Shown: positions 9,263 through 19,115, counted from the stretch's first letter. The stretch: 30,138 bases of DNA from Gemmatimonadota bacterium (GCA_040905425.1 JBBDRO010000064.1:1-30138), one strand, 5' to 3'. Notes: generated by a model from the letters alone, not told the origin. Numbers and translations: made by a program.

Positions 9263-9550
9263 ATGGTCGAAGGACTTCTGATCTCCCTGTACGTATTCGT
9301 CCTGGCGGTCTTCGTGGGCGTGGAGGTGATCTCCAAGGTCCCGCAGATGCTGCACACACCGCTCATGTCGGGCTCCAACGCCATCTCGGGCATCATCATC
9401 GTGGGTGCGCTGGTGGTGGCGGGTAGGGGCGGCTCGACCACGGGTACCGTGCTGGCGGTGGTGGCGGTGGCGTTCGCCACCATCAACGTGGTCGGCGGCT
9501 TCATGGTGACCGACCGCATGCTGCAGATGTTCCGCAAGCGGGAGGGCTGA
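9263..9550 (+). CDS. pntAB: NAD(P)+ transhydrogenase subunit alpha, part 2 (membrane)
   Basis: Motifs KVPQMLHTPLMSGSNAISG and INVVGGFMVTDRMLQMF; lies between pntAA and pntB. Confidence 0.95.
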   Translation: MVEGLLISLYVFVLAVFVGVEVISKVPQMLHTPLMSGSNAISGIIIVGALVVAGRGGSTTGTVLAVVAVAFATINVVGGFMVTDRMLQMFRKREG

Positions 9551-9552
9551 CG

Positions 9553-10971
9553 ATGAACGCTGAAGTTGGCGGGATGCTTCCCGTCCTGATCCCGCTCGCC
9601 TACCTGGTGGCGGCCTCCCTGTTCATCCTGGGGCTGAAGAACCTCAGCTCTCCGCGCACGGCCCGGAAGGGCAACTTCATGGGCGCGAGCGGCATGCTGC
9701 TGGCCATTGCGACCACGCTCCTGCACTGGGAGATCGTCAGCTTCACCTGGATCATCGTGGGGCTGGTGATCGGAGGCGTGATCGGCTTCGTCATGGCGCG
9801 CACCGTCAAGATGACGGACATGCCGCAGATGGTAGCGCTGCTGAACGGCTTCGGTGGTGGCGCCTCCGCCCTGGTGGCGGGCGACGAGTACCTGCGCTTT
9901 GCCATGGGGGGGATGGACCCCACGCTGGTGGCGCAGGTCACCATCATGCTGAGCGTCATCCTGGGCGGGCTGACGTTCACGGGGAGCCTCATTGCCTTCG
10001 GCAAGCTCCAGGGGCTCGTCACCGAGAAGGCGGTGACCTATCCCGGCTCGAAGGTGGTCTCGTCTCTCATCCTGCTGGGGGCGGTGGGCATCGGCGCGTA
10101 CCTGGTGGTCCTGACGGAAGGCAACCTCCAGCTCTACCTGACGCTGAACGCGCTGGCCCTGGTGCTGGGCGTCCTGTTCGTGATCCCCATCGGCGGCGCG
10201 GACATGCCGGTGGTCATTGCCCTGCTGAACTCCTACTCGGGACTGGCCGGCTCCATGGCCGGCTTCGTCCTGAACAACAACCTGCTCATCATCTCCGGCG
10301 CGCTGGTGGGGGCCTCGGGGCTCATCCTCACCAAGATCATGTGCGACGCCATGAACCGCTCGCTGGCCAACGTGCTCTTCAGCGCGTTCGGCTCGCACGA
10401 AGCGGCGGTGGACGCGGTGGACATGTACGCCGGCAAGACGGTCACCGACATCTCCGCCGAGGACGGCGGGATCCTGCTCTCCTACGCCAGCAAGGTGGTC
10501 TTCGTCCCGGGCTATGGCATGGCCGTGTCCCAGGCGCAGCACCAGGTACGGGAGTTGGCCGAGCTGCTGGAGGCCAAGGGCGTGGAAGTGAAGTACGCCG
10601 TGCATCCGGTGGCGGGGCGCATGCCGGGGCACATGAACGTGCTGCTGGCGGAGGCCAACGTGCCCTATCCGCAGCTCGTGGAGATGGACGAGATCAATCC
10701 GGACCTGGAGCGGACCGACGTGGCCGTGGTCATCGGGGCCAACGACGTGGTGAATCCCGCCGCCCGCCACGACACGACAAGTCCGATCTACGGCATGCCG
10801 ATCCTGGACGTGGACAAGGCCAAGACGGTGATCGTGATGAAGCGCAGCATGAACCCCGGTTTCGCGGGGATTCAGAACGAGCTGTTCTTCAATGACAACA
10901 CGCGCATGCTGTTCGGTGACGCCCGTAAGTCCCTGACCGATCTCATCCACGCCGTCAAGAACGGCGCCTGA
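9553..10971 (+). CDS. pntB: NAD(P)+ transhydrogenase subunit beta
   Basis: Motifs MPQMVALLNGFGG, PIGGADMPVVIALLNSYSG, VPGYGMAVSQAQ, HPVAGRMPGHMNVLLAEA, IGANDVVNPAA. Confidence 0.97.
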   Translation: MNAEVGGMLPVLIPLAYLVAASLFILGLKNLSSPRTARKGNFMGASGMLLAIATTLLHWEIVSFTWIIVGLVIGGVIGFVMARTVKMTDMPQMVALLNGFGGGASALVAGDEYLRFAMGGMDPTLVAQVTIMLSVILGGLTFTGSLIAFGKLQGLVTEKAVTYPGSKVVSSLILLGAVGIGAYLVVLTEGNLQLYLTLNALALVLGVLFVIPIGGADMPVVIALLNSYSGLAGSMAGFVLNNNLLIISGALVGASGLILTKIMCDAMNRSLANVLFSAFGSHEAAVDAVDMYAGKTVTDISAEDGGILLSYASKVVFVPGYGMAVSQAQHQVRELAELLEAKGVEVKYAVHPVAGRMPGHMNVLLAEANVPYPQLVEMDEINPDLERTDVAVVIGANDVVNPAARHDTTSPIYGMPILDVDKAKTVIVMKRSMNPGFAGIQNELFFNDNTRMLFGDARKSLTDLIHAVKNGA

Positions 10972-10986
10972 GTCCTCATCAGCGGA

Positions 10987-11015
10987 TTGAGCGAGTGGCC
11001 ATGCTGGCGTATGTT
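10987..11015 (+). promoter_or_regulatory. putative sigma70-type promoter of the ccm operon
   Basis: TTGAGC (10987-92), 17 nt, TATGTT (11010-15). Confidence 0.55.
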
Positions 11016-11029
11016 GAGGACGATCTGGA

Positions 11030-11095
11030 GCGAGCGCGGCGGTCCCGCGCCACGCTGCCCGCCGGGATGGCGGGCAGCGGGACCGCCGCGCTCGC
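11030..11095. repeat. strong inverted repeat / hairpin between pntB and ccmA
   Basis: Perfect 19-bp arms GCGAGCGCGGCGGTCCCGC (11030-48) and GCGGGACCGCCGCGCTCGC (11077-95), plus an inner stem CGCTGCCCGCC/GGCGGGCAGCG. Confidence 0.8.
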
Positions 11096-11126
11096 CCATT
11101 CCCCATCGTCGAGGCAGCGGCCGCGC

Positions 11127-11846
11127 ATGAACAACGCCTCTCTGGCCATCGATCTGGACGGCGTGGCCCGCCGCTTCGCGCGGCGCTGGGTGCTGCGCGG
11201 TGTGACGCTCCGCGTGGAGCGCGGCGAGGTGGTGGGGCTCACCGGCAACAACGGCAGCGGGAAGACCACGCTGCTGCGTATTGTCTCCACCCTGCTGCGG
11301 CCCACCCGCGGCGGCGGCAGCGTATTCGGGCACGACCTGGTGAAGGAGGCGGCCGCGGTCCGGCCATACATCGGCTACCTAGGTCATGCCGCGGGGCTCT
11401 ACGATGACCTGACGGCCTTCGAGAACCTGCGCTTCTCGGTGCGGATGGCGGGGCTGGATTTGGGTGCCGGCGTCCTGGACGAGGCGCTGGAGCGGGTCCG
11501 CCTGGACGAGTTCCGCGACGAGCGGACCCGGGGTTTCTCCGCGGGGATGCGGCGCCGGTTGGGTGTGGCGCGTCTGCTGGTCCGTCCGCCCCGGCTCCTG
11601 CTGCTCGACGAGCCCTACGCCAGCTTCGATGTGGATGGCATCACGCTGGTCAACGAACTGGCCTCGAGCGTGGCGGAGCAGGGCGGGGCCACGCTCATTG
11701 CCACCCATGACGTGGCACGCGGGCGGGGCGTGCTGTCGCGCACGCTGCGCATCGTGGAGGGCCGGCTGGTGCAGCGCACGCTGGACGAGGAGGAGGCCTA
11801 CCTGGCGGGCAGGCCGCCCGCTCCTCCTGTGGAAGCGGAGGCCTGA
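11127..11846 (+). CDS. ccmA: heme ABC exporter ATP-binding protein CcmA
   Basis: Walker A GNNGSGKTT, signature FSAGMRRR, Walker B LLLLDEP, H-loop ATHD. First gene of the ccm cluster. Start placed at ATG 11127. Confidence 0.9.
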   Translation: MNNASLAIDLDGVARRFARRWVLRGVTLRVERGEVVGLTGNNGSGKTTLLRIVSTLLRPTRGGGSVFGHDLVKEAAAVRPYIGYLGHAAGLYDDLTAFENLRFSVRMAGLDLGAGVLDEALERVRLDEFRDERTRGFSAGMRRRLGVARLLVRPPRLLLLDEPYASFDVDGITLVNELASSVAEQGGATLIATHDVARGRGVLSRTLRIVEGRLVQRTLDEEEAYLAGRPPAPPVEAEA

Positions 11847-11847
11847 C

Positions 11848-12528
11848 ATGGCCAGCGAGCTGATCCGCATTCGCGCCATGGTCTGGAAGGATCTCACGGC
11901 GGAGCGGCGCACGAAGGCCAACTTCAACGCGGTGGCATTCCTGGCGGGCGCCATCCTGCTGCTCTTCGGATTCGCGCTCGGCCCCGACGTGGAGGCGCTG
12001 CACGCGGCGGCGGGCGGCATGATCTGGCTCACGGTGCTCTTCAGCGGGGTGCTGTCCTTCAATCGTTCCTACGAAAAGGAGTTGGAGGGCGGAGCGCTGG
12101 AGGCGCTGCTGCTCTATCCGGGTGACCGGCGCTCGATCTACCTGGGCAAGCTGATTGCCAACTTTGCCTTCGTGCTCCTGGTGGAGGCCATCCTGCTGCC
12201 GGCGGCGGCCGTGCTGTACGACCTGCCGCTCCACACCGTGGTGCTGCCGCTCGCTGGCGTCCTGCTGCTGGGCACCTTCGGGTTCGTCACGCTGGGCACC
12301 TTCTACGCGGCCATGGCCAGCCGGCTGCGCGCCCGTGAGGTGCTGCTGCCGTTGCTCCTCTTTCCCATGCTCATTCCCCTGCTGGTGGCATGCGTCGAGG
12401 CCACCCAGGCCATCCTCGATGGGAACGCCATGGGCTTTGCGGGGAGCTGGATGAAGTTGCTGGTGGTCTTCGACGTGGTTTTCTTCGTGGCCGCGTACTT
12501 TGCTTTCGACTACGTCATCGAGGCCTGA
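11848..12528 (+). CDS. ccmB: heme exporter permease CcmB
   Basis: Hydrophobic multi-TM protein with SYEKELEGGALEALLL, IYLGKLIAN, REVLLPLLLFP. ATG 1 nt after the ccmA stop. Confidence 0.92.
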   Translation: MASELIRIRAMVWKDLTAERRTKANFNAVAFLAGAILLLFGFALGPDVEALHAAAGGMIWLTVLFSGVLSFNRSYEKELEGGALEALLLYPGDRRSIYLGKLIANFAFVLLVEAILLPAAAVLYDLPLHTVVLPLAGVLLLGTFGFVTLGTFYAAMASRLRAREVLLPLLLFPMLIPLLVACVEATQAILDGNAMGFAGSWMKLLVVFDVVFFVAAYFAFDYVIEA

Positions 12529-13247
12529 TGTCCCATTCTATGCTCGGCGTTTCGCTCGCGCCGCCCCGCTGGGTGCGCCTCCTGGGCTGGTTCGCGCTCC
12601 TCTTCCTGGCTGCCTCGCAGGTGACGGGGTTCATGATCTCCGCGCCGGATCGGGACATGGGCAACCTGCAGAAGATCATGTACGTGCACGTGCCGGCCGC
12701 GTGGACGGCCTTCCTGGCCTTCACGTACGTGTTCGGTACCAGCGTGGCGTATCTGTGGAAGCGCGATCTCAAGTATGACATGCTGGCCGCGGCGGCGGCG
12801 GAAACGGGCGTGGTGCTGACGGGTCTCACGCTGGCGCTGGGCTCCATCTGGGGCCGACCGACCTGGGGGGTCTGGTGGACCTGGGATCCACGCCTGACCA
12901 CCACCGCGATCCTGTTCATGATCTTTGCCGGCTACCTGGCGCTGCGCTCCTTCGTGGAGGATGACGAGCAGCGTGCGCGCTGGAGCGCGGCCGTGGGGAT
13001 CCTGGGCTTCATCAACGTGCCGATCGTCTACTTCTCGGTGCAGTGGTGGCGGACGATCCACCAGGTGCAGTCCACGCCGGCCACGGTGGACCCCCTGTAC
13101 AAACTGGGGCTCCGGCTGAACGCGTTCGCGTTCCTCTTTCTGATGATCTTTTTCATTGCACTGAGGTATCATGCAGCGCGTCTCGAGCGGGCCGCGGAAG
13201 CCCGGCGCGAGGAAGACGCGCTCATGGAGGGAGCAATCCATGTCTGA
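12528..13247 (+). CDS. ccmC: cytochrome c biogenesis heme exporter CcmC
   Basis: WWD motif GSIWGRPTWGVWWTWDPRLTT with flanking His (YVHVP; WWRTIHQ). TGATG overlap with ccmB. Confidence 0.95.
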   Translation: MSHSMLGVSLAPPRWVRLLGWFALLFLAASQVTGFMISAPDRDMGNLQKIMYVHVPAAWTAFLAFTYVFGTSVAYLWKRDLKYDMLAAAAAETGVVLTGLTLALGSIWGRPTWGVWWTWDPRLTTTAILFMIFAGYLALRSFVEDDEQRARWSAAVGILGFINVPIVYFSVQWWRTIHQVQSTPATVDPLYKLGLRLNAFAFLFLMIFFIALRYHAARLERAAEARREEDALMEGAIHV

Positions 13248-13377
13248 GTGGTTCTACATCGGGCTGGCGTACAGCCTCACCTACGTGGTGCTGGCGGGTT
13301 ACGGGCTCTATCTGCGGGGGCGCTACCGCGCCGCCCGCAGCCTGGCGGAACGGACGACCAAGGGAGAGATGCTATGA
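13240..13377 (+). CDS. ccmD: heme exporter protein CcmD
   Basis: 45-aa peptide with one N-terminal TM helix (WFYIGLAYSLTYVVLAGYGLYL) and a basic tail. GGAGGGAG RBS. Sits between ccmC and ccmE, overlapping both. Confidence 0.8.
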   Translation: MSEWFYIGLAYSLTYVVLAGYGLYLRGRYRAARSLAERTTKGEML

Positions 13378-13823
13378 TCACGGGCAGGCGGATAACGGCC
13401 GTCCTCGGGGGCCTGGCCCTGCTGGGTGCACTGGGCTTCCTGGTGAAGGGGAATATCGGTGAAGGGCTGGTCTACTACCTGACGCCCGCGGAGGTGCTCG
13501 CCAAGGGCGTGGACGCCGAAGGGCAGGCCATACGCCTGGGCGGGCTGGTGCAGCCCGGCAGCGTGGTGTGGAAGGCCGAGGAGCTGGACCTGCGCTTCGT
13601 GGTGGCGGACGAGACGGGCACCATTCCTGTGATAGCCAAGTCGGCGCCGCCGCAGATGTTCCGCGAGGGGATGGGCGTGGTCGTGGAGGGCCGCATGGTG
13701 GACGGCGTCTTCCACTCCAGCTCGGTGATCGTGAAGCATTCGAATGAGTATCAGCCTCCCGCGGATGGCCATACGGCGCCGGCGGAGGCGTACAAGACGC
13801 TCATGAAGAACGGACAGGACTGA
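13374..13823 (+). CDS. ccmE: heme chaperone CcmE
   Basis: N-terminal TM, YYLTP, IRLGGLVQPGS, PQMFREGMGVVVEG, heme-binding HxxxY (KHSNEY). ATGA overlap with ccmD. Confidence 0.95.
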   Translation: MITGRRITAVLGGLALLGALGFLVKGNIGEGLVYYLTPAEVLAKGVDAEGQAIRLGGLVQPGSVVWKAEELDLRFVVADETGTIPVIAKSAPPQMFREGMGVVVEGRMVDGVFHSSSVIVKHSNEYQPPADGHTAPAEAYKTLMKNGQD

Positions 13824-13825
13824 AC

Positions 13826-15850
13826 ATGCTGCGCCTGATCGGCTTCGCTGCCGTTGCCGCCGCGTTCGCCATAGCCATCTTCGGCATCGTGGCGGCGGTG
13901 GTTGCCGTCAAGCGGCGGGATGCCGGCCTGATGCAGAGCGCCCGCGCCGCGGTATACACCAATTTCGTGCTGATGAGCGTGTCCAACCTGGCCATGATCA
14001 CGGCTCTGCTGACGCACGACTTCAGCATCGATTACGTGGCGCAGGTGGGCAGCCGGGCCACGCCGGCCTACATCACGGTCATTTCCCTGTGGAGCGCGCT
14101 CGAAGGATCGATCCTCTTCTGGGGCTGGGTGCTGTCGGCCTACACGGCCGGTGCCATCTGGTTCGCCCGGCAGCGGGCCGGGGCGCTCGGGGCGTACGCC
14201 ACCGCCACCATGCTCTTCGTGGGGGGGTTCTTCTACCTCCTGCTCCTGGGGCCGGCCAGTCCCTGGGGGCTGGTGTCGCCGGTGCCACTGGACGGCCCGG
14301 GTCCGAACCCGCTGCTGCAGAATCACTGGCTGATGGGCGTGCACCCGCCGCTGCTCTACCTGGGCTACGTGGGTTTCACCGTGCCGTTCGGCTTCGCAAT
14401 GGGCGCGCTGCTCTCGGGGCAGCTCGATGACACGTGGGTGAGGCTCAGCCGGAAATGGACGCTGGCGGCATGGGCCTTCCTCTCGCTGGCCATCGTGGCC
14501 GGCATGTGGTGGTCCTATGACGTGCTCGGCTGGGGCGGCTACTGGGCATGGGACCCGGTGGAAAATGCCTCCTTCATGCCATGGCTCACGGCCACGGCGT
14601 TCCTGCATTCGGTCATGGTGGAGGAGCGGCGCGGCATGCTGCGCGCCTGGAACATGAGCCTGGTGATTGCCACCTTCCTGCTCACCATCCTGGGGACGAC
14701 CATCACGCGGAGCGGCATCCTCTCCTCGGTGCACGCCTTCGCGGAGGGACCGATCGGGCTCTTCTTCATCAGCTTCATGGCCATCACGCTGCTCGGTTCC
14801 CTGATGCTGCTCGCGGGCCGTGCGGGGGAGCTGCGGGGGGAGGCCAGGCTGGATCGCATGGCTTCCCGGGAGACGGTGTTCCTCTTCAACAACCTGATCC
14901 TGACGGCCTTCACCTTCACCGTGCTCCTGGGCACGCTCTTCCCGCTCGTGGCCGAGGCCGCGCGCGGCGTGAAGGTCACCGTGGGTGCGCCCTACTTCAA
15001 CAGCATGACCATACCGCTCTGCGTGGCCTTGCTCTTCCTGGTGGGCGTGGGACCCGCGCTGCCGTGGAAGGGCGTGGAGGCGCGCGAGCTCAAGAGCAGG
15101 TTCCTCGTGCCCGTCATCGGGTTGCTGGTGGCTACGGCGCTGGCGTTGCTGGCGGGGGTCCGTGGCGGGTGGGGTCTGGCCGCCTTCGGCTTCGCGGGGT
15201 TTGCGCTGGTCACCAACGTGCGGGAATACGTGACGGCCACCCTGGCCAGACGGCGGGCGGCGGGCAGCGGCTTCCTGGGCGCGCTGACGGGCGTTGTACG
15301 CGCCAATCCGCGACGCTATGGCGGCTTCCTGGCCCACATCGGGCTGGTCCTGATCGCCATCGGCATCGCGGCCTCCTCCATCTTCCGGCTGGACCGGGAG
15401 GTCACGCTGCGCGGCGGCGAGTCGGTGGCCATCCACGACTACGTGGTGCGCTTTGACCAGCTGCGTGCCGAGCAGGAGCCGCACAAGGTGGTGGTCTACG
15501 CTCAGCTCACCGCGTTCACAGCGGACGGTAAGGAGCTCGGCCGCATGTATCCCGCCCTCAACTACTATGAGATGCGGGGCGGGGAGCCCATCACCACGCC
15601 GGCAGTGCGCTCACGGCTGGACGAAGACCTCTATATTAATCTACTGGCCTTCGAGCAGAACGGCGCCAACGCCACGCTGCACGTCATCATCGAGCCGCTG
15701 GTGGCCTGGATCTGGATCGGCACGGGGGTGGTGGCGTTCGGCGCGTTGATCAGCCTGGTGGGCGGGCGCGGCCGCCGCCCGGCACCCATCCGCGTGCCCA
15801 GCCGGCCGGCGCAGCCGGGGAGCCGCCCGAGACCGGTGGAGGTCTCATGA
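13826..15850 (+). CDS. ccmF: heme lyase CcmF
   Basis: Motifs NPLLQNHWLMGVHPPLLYLGY, WSYDVLGWGGYWAWDPVENASFMPWL, RSGILSSVHAF, GGFLAHIG, PLVAWIWIG. Confidence 0.97.
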   Translation: MLRLIGFAAVAAAFAIAIFGIVAAVVAVKRRDAGLMQSARAAVYTNFVLMSVSNLAMITALLTHDFSIDYVAQVGSRATPAYITVISLWSALEGSILFWGWVLSAYTAGAIWFARQRAGALGAYATATMLFVGGFFYLLLLGPASPWGLVSPVPLDGPGPNPLLQNHWLMGVHPPLLYLGYVGFTVPFGFAMGALLSGQLDDTWVRLSRKWTLAAWAFLSLAIVAGMWWSYDVLGWGGYWAWDPVENASFMPWLTATAFLHSVMVEERRGMLRAWNMSLVIATFLLTILGTTITRSGILSSVHAFAEGPIGLFFISFMAITLLGSLMLLAGRAGELRGEARLDRMASRETVFLFNNLILTAFTFTVLLGTLFPLVAEAARGVKVTVGAPYFNSMTIPLCVALLFLVGVGPALPWKGVEARELKSRFLVPVIGLLVATALALLAGVRGGWGLAAFGFAGFALVTNVREYVTATLARRRAAGSGFLGALTGVVRANPRRYGGFLAHIGLVLIAIGIAASSIFRLDREVTLRGGESVAIHDYVVRFDQLRAEQEPHKVVVYAQLTAFTADGKELGRMYPALNYYEMRGGEPITTPAVRSRLDEDLYINLLAFEQNGANATLHVIIEPLVAWIWIGTGVVAFGALISLVGGRGRRPAPIRVPSRPAQPGSRPRPVEVS

Positions 15851-16401
15851 ACTGGAAGCGCTCGCTGATAGCCTTTGCCGCCGGCCTCCCCTTCGTGGCC
15901 CTGCTGGCCTTCGGCATGACCAGGGATCCGAACCAGATTCCCACCAGCATGCCCGGGCAGGATGCGCCGACCTTCACGCTGCCGGTCCTGAACGCGGCCG
16001 ACACCGTCAACCTGGCCAGGCACGCCGGGGAGGTGGTGGTGCTCAATTTCTGGGCATCGTGGTGCGTGCCGTGCCGCATCGAGCACCCGGTGCTGCTGCA
16101 GGCCGCCAGCCGCTACCAGGATTCGGACGTCCACTTCTACGGTGTGGTCTACCAGGACACTGAGGACAACGCCCAGCGCTGGCTGAACCAACTCGGGCAG
16201 GGTTATCCGAGTCTCCTGGACCCGGGTAGCCGCACGGCGGTGGACTACGCCCTCACGGGTGTGCCCGAAACCTACATCATCGATCGGCAGGGCAAGGTGG
16301 TCTTCCATCGGGCGCAGCCCATCACGGATCTGGCGGAATTCATCCAGCTCATCGAGGCGGCGCGCGCCGGCACCCTCGGCCCGGCCGGGGCGAGTTCATG
16401 A
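15847..16401 (+). CDS. ccmG: thiol:disulfide oxidoreductase CcmG/DsbE
   Basis: N-terminal TM, VLNFWASWCVPCRIE, GVPETYIID. ATGA overlap with ccmF. Confidence 0.9.
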   Translation: MNWKRSLIAFAAGLPFVALLAFGMTRDPNQIPTSMPGQDAPTFTLPVLNAADTVNLARHAGEVVVLNFWASWCVPCRIEHPVLLQAASRYQDSDVHFYGVVYQDTEDNAQRWLNQLGQGYPSLLDPGSRTAVDYALTGVPETYIIDRQGKVVFHRAQPITDLAEFIQLIEAARAGTLGPAGASS

Positions 16402-16901
16402 GCGCCCGCATCCGCTCCCGGCTCGCCGCGCTGCGCACGGCCGTGGCGCGCGCCGCGCTGCCCGTGGCCGCCGCCGTGACGCTGGCCGGGGCACCGCTGG
16501 GTGCGCAGGAGAGCCCGGTGCACGGTGAGGGCAACGTGATCCAGGTGCAGGAAGAAACGCAGCTCGAGCGGGACGTCCGGGCGCTCGCCTCGCAACTGCG
16601 TTGCGTGGTCTGTCAGGGCCTTTCCCTGCAGGATTCCCCGTCCGAACTGGCGCAGGAGATGCGCGGCATCGTGCGTGAGCAGTTGGAGGCGGGCAGGAGC
16701 CAGCAGGAGGTCAAGGACTACTTCGTCTCCAAGTACGGCGAATGGGTCCTCATGGAGCCGAAGCGGGAGGGCTTCAACCTGGCCGTCTACATCCTGCCCA
16801 TGGTGATGCTCTTCGGCGGGGTGGGGTTCGTATTGTTCAAGGCCCGGCAGTGGTCGACCCCGGCGCCCGCGCCGGCGGACGGCCCCGCGGAAGGCCGGTA
16901 G
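16398..16901 (+). CDS. ccmH: cytochrome c biogenesis protein CcmH (short form, no TPR domain)
   Basis: Signal peptide, LRCVVCQGLSLQDS, YFVSKYGEWVLMEP, C-terminal TM. Confidence 0.92.
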   Translation: MSARIRSRLAALRTAVARAALPVAAAVTLAGAPLGAQESPVHGEGNVIQVQEETQLERDVRALASQLRCVVCQGLSLQDSPSELAQEMRGIVREQLEAGRSQQEVKDYFVSKYGEWVLMEPKREGFNLAVYILPMVMLFGGVGFVLFKARQWSTPAPAPADGPAEGR

Positions 16902-16940
16902 CCGACCTTCCGCGGGCGCTATCCGCCCGGAACCAGGCCG

Positions 16941-18602
16941 CTAGAATAGCCCCGTGATGGTGCCGTCGGCCGAAACGCTCATGGACGCGGCCGCGGGCTT
17001 CTTGCCCAGCCCCGGCATGGTCATGATGTCTCCTGTCTTGGCCACCACGAAGCCGGCACCCGCGGAGGGCGAAACCTCGCGCACGGTGACGCGGAAGCCC
17101 GCCGGCCGACCGCGCAGCTTGGCGTTGTCGGAGAACGAGTACTGCGTCTTGGCCATGCACACCGGCACATCCCGCAGGCCGATGGCCTCGAGCCGCTCGA
17201 TGTCCTTGGGGGCGCTGCCCACGAAGTCCACCCCGTCGGCGCCGTAGATCTCCCGGGCCACCGTCTCCATCTTGCCGGCCAGTCCGCCTTCCGTGGCGTA
17301 GATCGGCTTGAACGCCGCCTGGCCGCGTTCGAGCGTGTCGATGACGGCGTCGGCCAGTTCCAGGCCCCCCTCACCGCCGCGGGCATGCACGTCGGCCAGC
17401 GTGACGGCCACGCCGAGCTCCCGGCAGCGCTCCAGCACCGCGTCCAGCTCACCCTTGCTGTCACTGGCGAACTGGTTGATGGCCACCACCGGCGGCACCC
17501 CGAACTTGCGCACGTTCTCCACGTGCTTTTCAAGATTGACCAGACCGCGCTGCACGGCCCCCACGTCCTCGGCCCCCAGTTCCGGGAGCGCCACGCCGCC
17601 GTGCAGCTTGAGCGCCCGGATGGTGGCCACGACCACGGCGGCCTGCGGATCCAGGCCGCCCATGCGGCATTTGATGTCGAAGAACTTCTCGGCGCCCAGA
17701 TCCGCACCGAAGCCGGCTTCGGTGACCACGATGTCCCCGAGATCGATGCCGGTGCGCGTGGCGATGAGTGAGTTGCAGCCGTGCGCGATGTTGGCGAAGG
17801 GTCCGCCGTGGATGAAGGCGGGCGTGCCCTCCAGCGTCTGCACCAGATTGGGCTGCAGCGCATCCTTGAGCAGCAGCGTCATGGCGCCCGCGGCCTCGAG
17901 CTCCGCGGCGCGCACCGGAGCGCGCTCGTAATCGTAGCCCACGATCATCCGGCCCAGGCGCGCCTCCAGATCGTCCCGGTCGGACGCCAGGCAGAATACC
18001 GCCATGACCTCCGAGGCGGCCGTGATCTGGAAGCCGTCCTGCCGGGGCACGCCGCTGGTGGGGCCGCCCAGGCCGACCACGATGTTGCGCAGCGCCCGGT
18101 CGTTCATGTCCACGCAACGCTGCCAGGTGACGCGGCGTGGGTCGATGCCGCGGGCGTTGCCCTGCTGGAGATGATTGTCCAGCATGGCCGCCAGGAGGGC
18201 GTTGGCGGAGGTGATGGCGTGGAAGTCCCCCGTGAAGTGGAGGTTGATGTCCTCCATGGGGATGACCTGGGCGTACCCGCCGCCTGCGGCGCCTCCCTTG
18301 ATGCCGAACACGGGTCCCAGGCTGGGCTCGCGCAGGCACAGCACCACCCGCTTCTGGCGCCGCCGCAGGGCGTCCGCCAGGCCGACCGCGGTCGTGGACT
18401 TGCCCTCGCCGGCCGGCGTGGGCGTGATGCCGGTCACCAGCACCAGCTTGCCCTGACGGCTCGCGTCCGTGTCCCGCCGATTGACCTTGGCCTTGTAGTG
18501 CCCATAGGGCTCGAGGTCGTCCGCCGTAAGGTCCAGCTCGGCGGCCACCTCCACGATGGGCTTGAGCGTCGCGCCCTGCGCGATCTCGATATCACTTAAC
18601 AT
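16941..18602 (-). CDS. fhs: formate--tetrahydrofolate ligase
   Basis: Motifs [77 protein letters not shown]-terminal GLF. Start could be 18602, 18605 or 18608. Confidence 0.97.
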   Translation of the reverse strand: MLSDIEIAQGATLKPIVEVAAELDLTADDLEPYGHYKAKVNRRDTDASRQGKLVLVTGITPTPAGEGKSTTAVGLADALRRRQKRVVLCLREPSLGPVFGIKGGAAGGGYAQVIPMEDINLHFTGDFHAITSANALLAAMLDNHLQQGNARGIDPRRVTWQRCVDMNDRALRNIVVGLGGPTSGVPRQDGFQITAASEVMAVFCLASDRDDLEARLGRMIVGYDYERAPVRAAELEAAGAMTLLLKDALQPNLVQTLEGTPAFIHGGPFANIAHGCNSLIATRTGIDLGDIVVTEAGFGADLGAEKFFDIKCRMGGLDPQAAVVVATIRALKLHGGVALPELGAEDVGAVQRGLVNLEKHVENVRKFGVPPVVAINQFASDSKGELDAVLERCRELGVAVTLADVHARGGEGGLELADAVIDTLERGQAAFKPIYATEGGLAGKMETVAREIYGADGVDFVGSAPKDIERLEAIGLRDVPVCMAKTQYSFSDNAKLRGRPAGFRVTVREVSPSAGAGFVVAKTGDIMTMPGLGKKPAAASMSVSADGTITGLF

Positions 18603-18706
18603 CATCACTCCCGCACCGGGTCATCCCTGGCGGGGGAAGCGCCGACCCTCACGCCGCCCACTTCCACCGCCCGTCTAGCCGTCCGCGCGGCGGACGGCGC
18701 CGCGAT

Positions 18707-18734
18707 AAGATACGCGTGGGCGCCGCGGATACAA
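18707..18734 (-). promoter_or_regulatory. putative sigma70-type promoter of fhs
   Basis: Minus strand TTGTAT, 16 nt, TATCTT, followed by a GCCGTCCGC/GCGGACGGC hairpin. Confidence 0.4.
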
Positions 18735-18781
18735 CAAGGCGCGATGCTTGCACGGGTTTGGAAGGTCGGGAGGGAGCGGAG

Positions 18782-18796
18782 CGGCACGGCCGTAGC
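18782..18796 (+). promoter_or_regulatory. putative sigma54 (-24/-12) promoter
   Basis: CGGCACGGCCGTAGC has GG-N10-GC spacing and resembles the TGGCACG-N4-TTGC consensus; ~40 nt upstream of a small ORF with a strong RBS. Confidence 0.5.
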
Positions 18797-18836
18797 CGCC
18801 CCTGGTTGCAGCACGAGCACCGGCGCAGGAGGTTCC

Positions 18837-19115
18837 ATGGCCGGCACATTCCCGCACATTCCCGGGCTCGCTTCCTTCTGGGAGCAGGCGGACGATGACT
18901 GCAGCAACGAGCACCCGCTGGAGCGTGAGCTGTGCCACCGGATGGATGCGGCGGCGCGCTACTGCAGACGCATCGTGGATGCCCGCGCGGACGGCCTCGA
19001 TGCCCAGGCAGACCAGCTCTCGCGCCAGCTGGCGCGCGAGGAGGCCATCATCGCACGGTTACGCATGCGGCTCGGGCGGGAACGCTTCCCGGGCCGGCCC
19101 GACGCGCCGAGTTGA
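18837..19115 (+). CDS. small hypothetical helical protein (92 aa)
   Basis: AGGAGG RBS 4 nt before the ATG, host-like GC3 codon use, fills the fhs-gltX gap. Confidence 0.7.
   Translation: MAGTFPHIPGLASFWEQADDDCSNEHPLERELCHRMDAAARYCRRIVDARADGLDAQADQLSRQLAREEAIIARLRMRLGRERFPGRPDAPS

Noticed and set aside
13374..13823. Variant System I* (CxxxY CcmE)
   Set aside because: CcmE has the canonical HxxxY, and ccmH is present.
18609..18706. ZMP/ZTP or THF riboswitch in the fhs leader
   Set aside because: The hallmark GACUGGCG...GGGGAGC...CGCCUGGGC elements are not present; only a short GC hairpin is seen.
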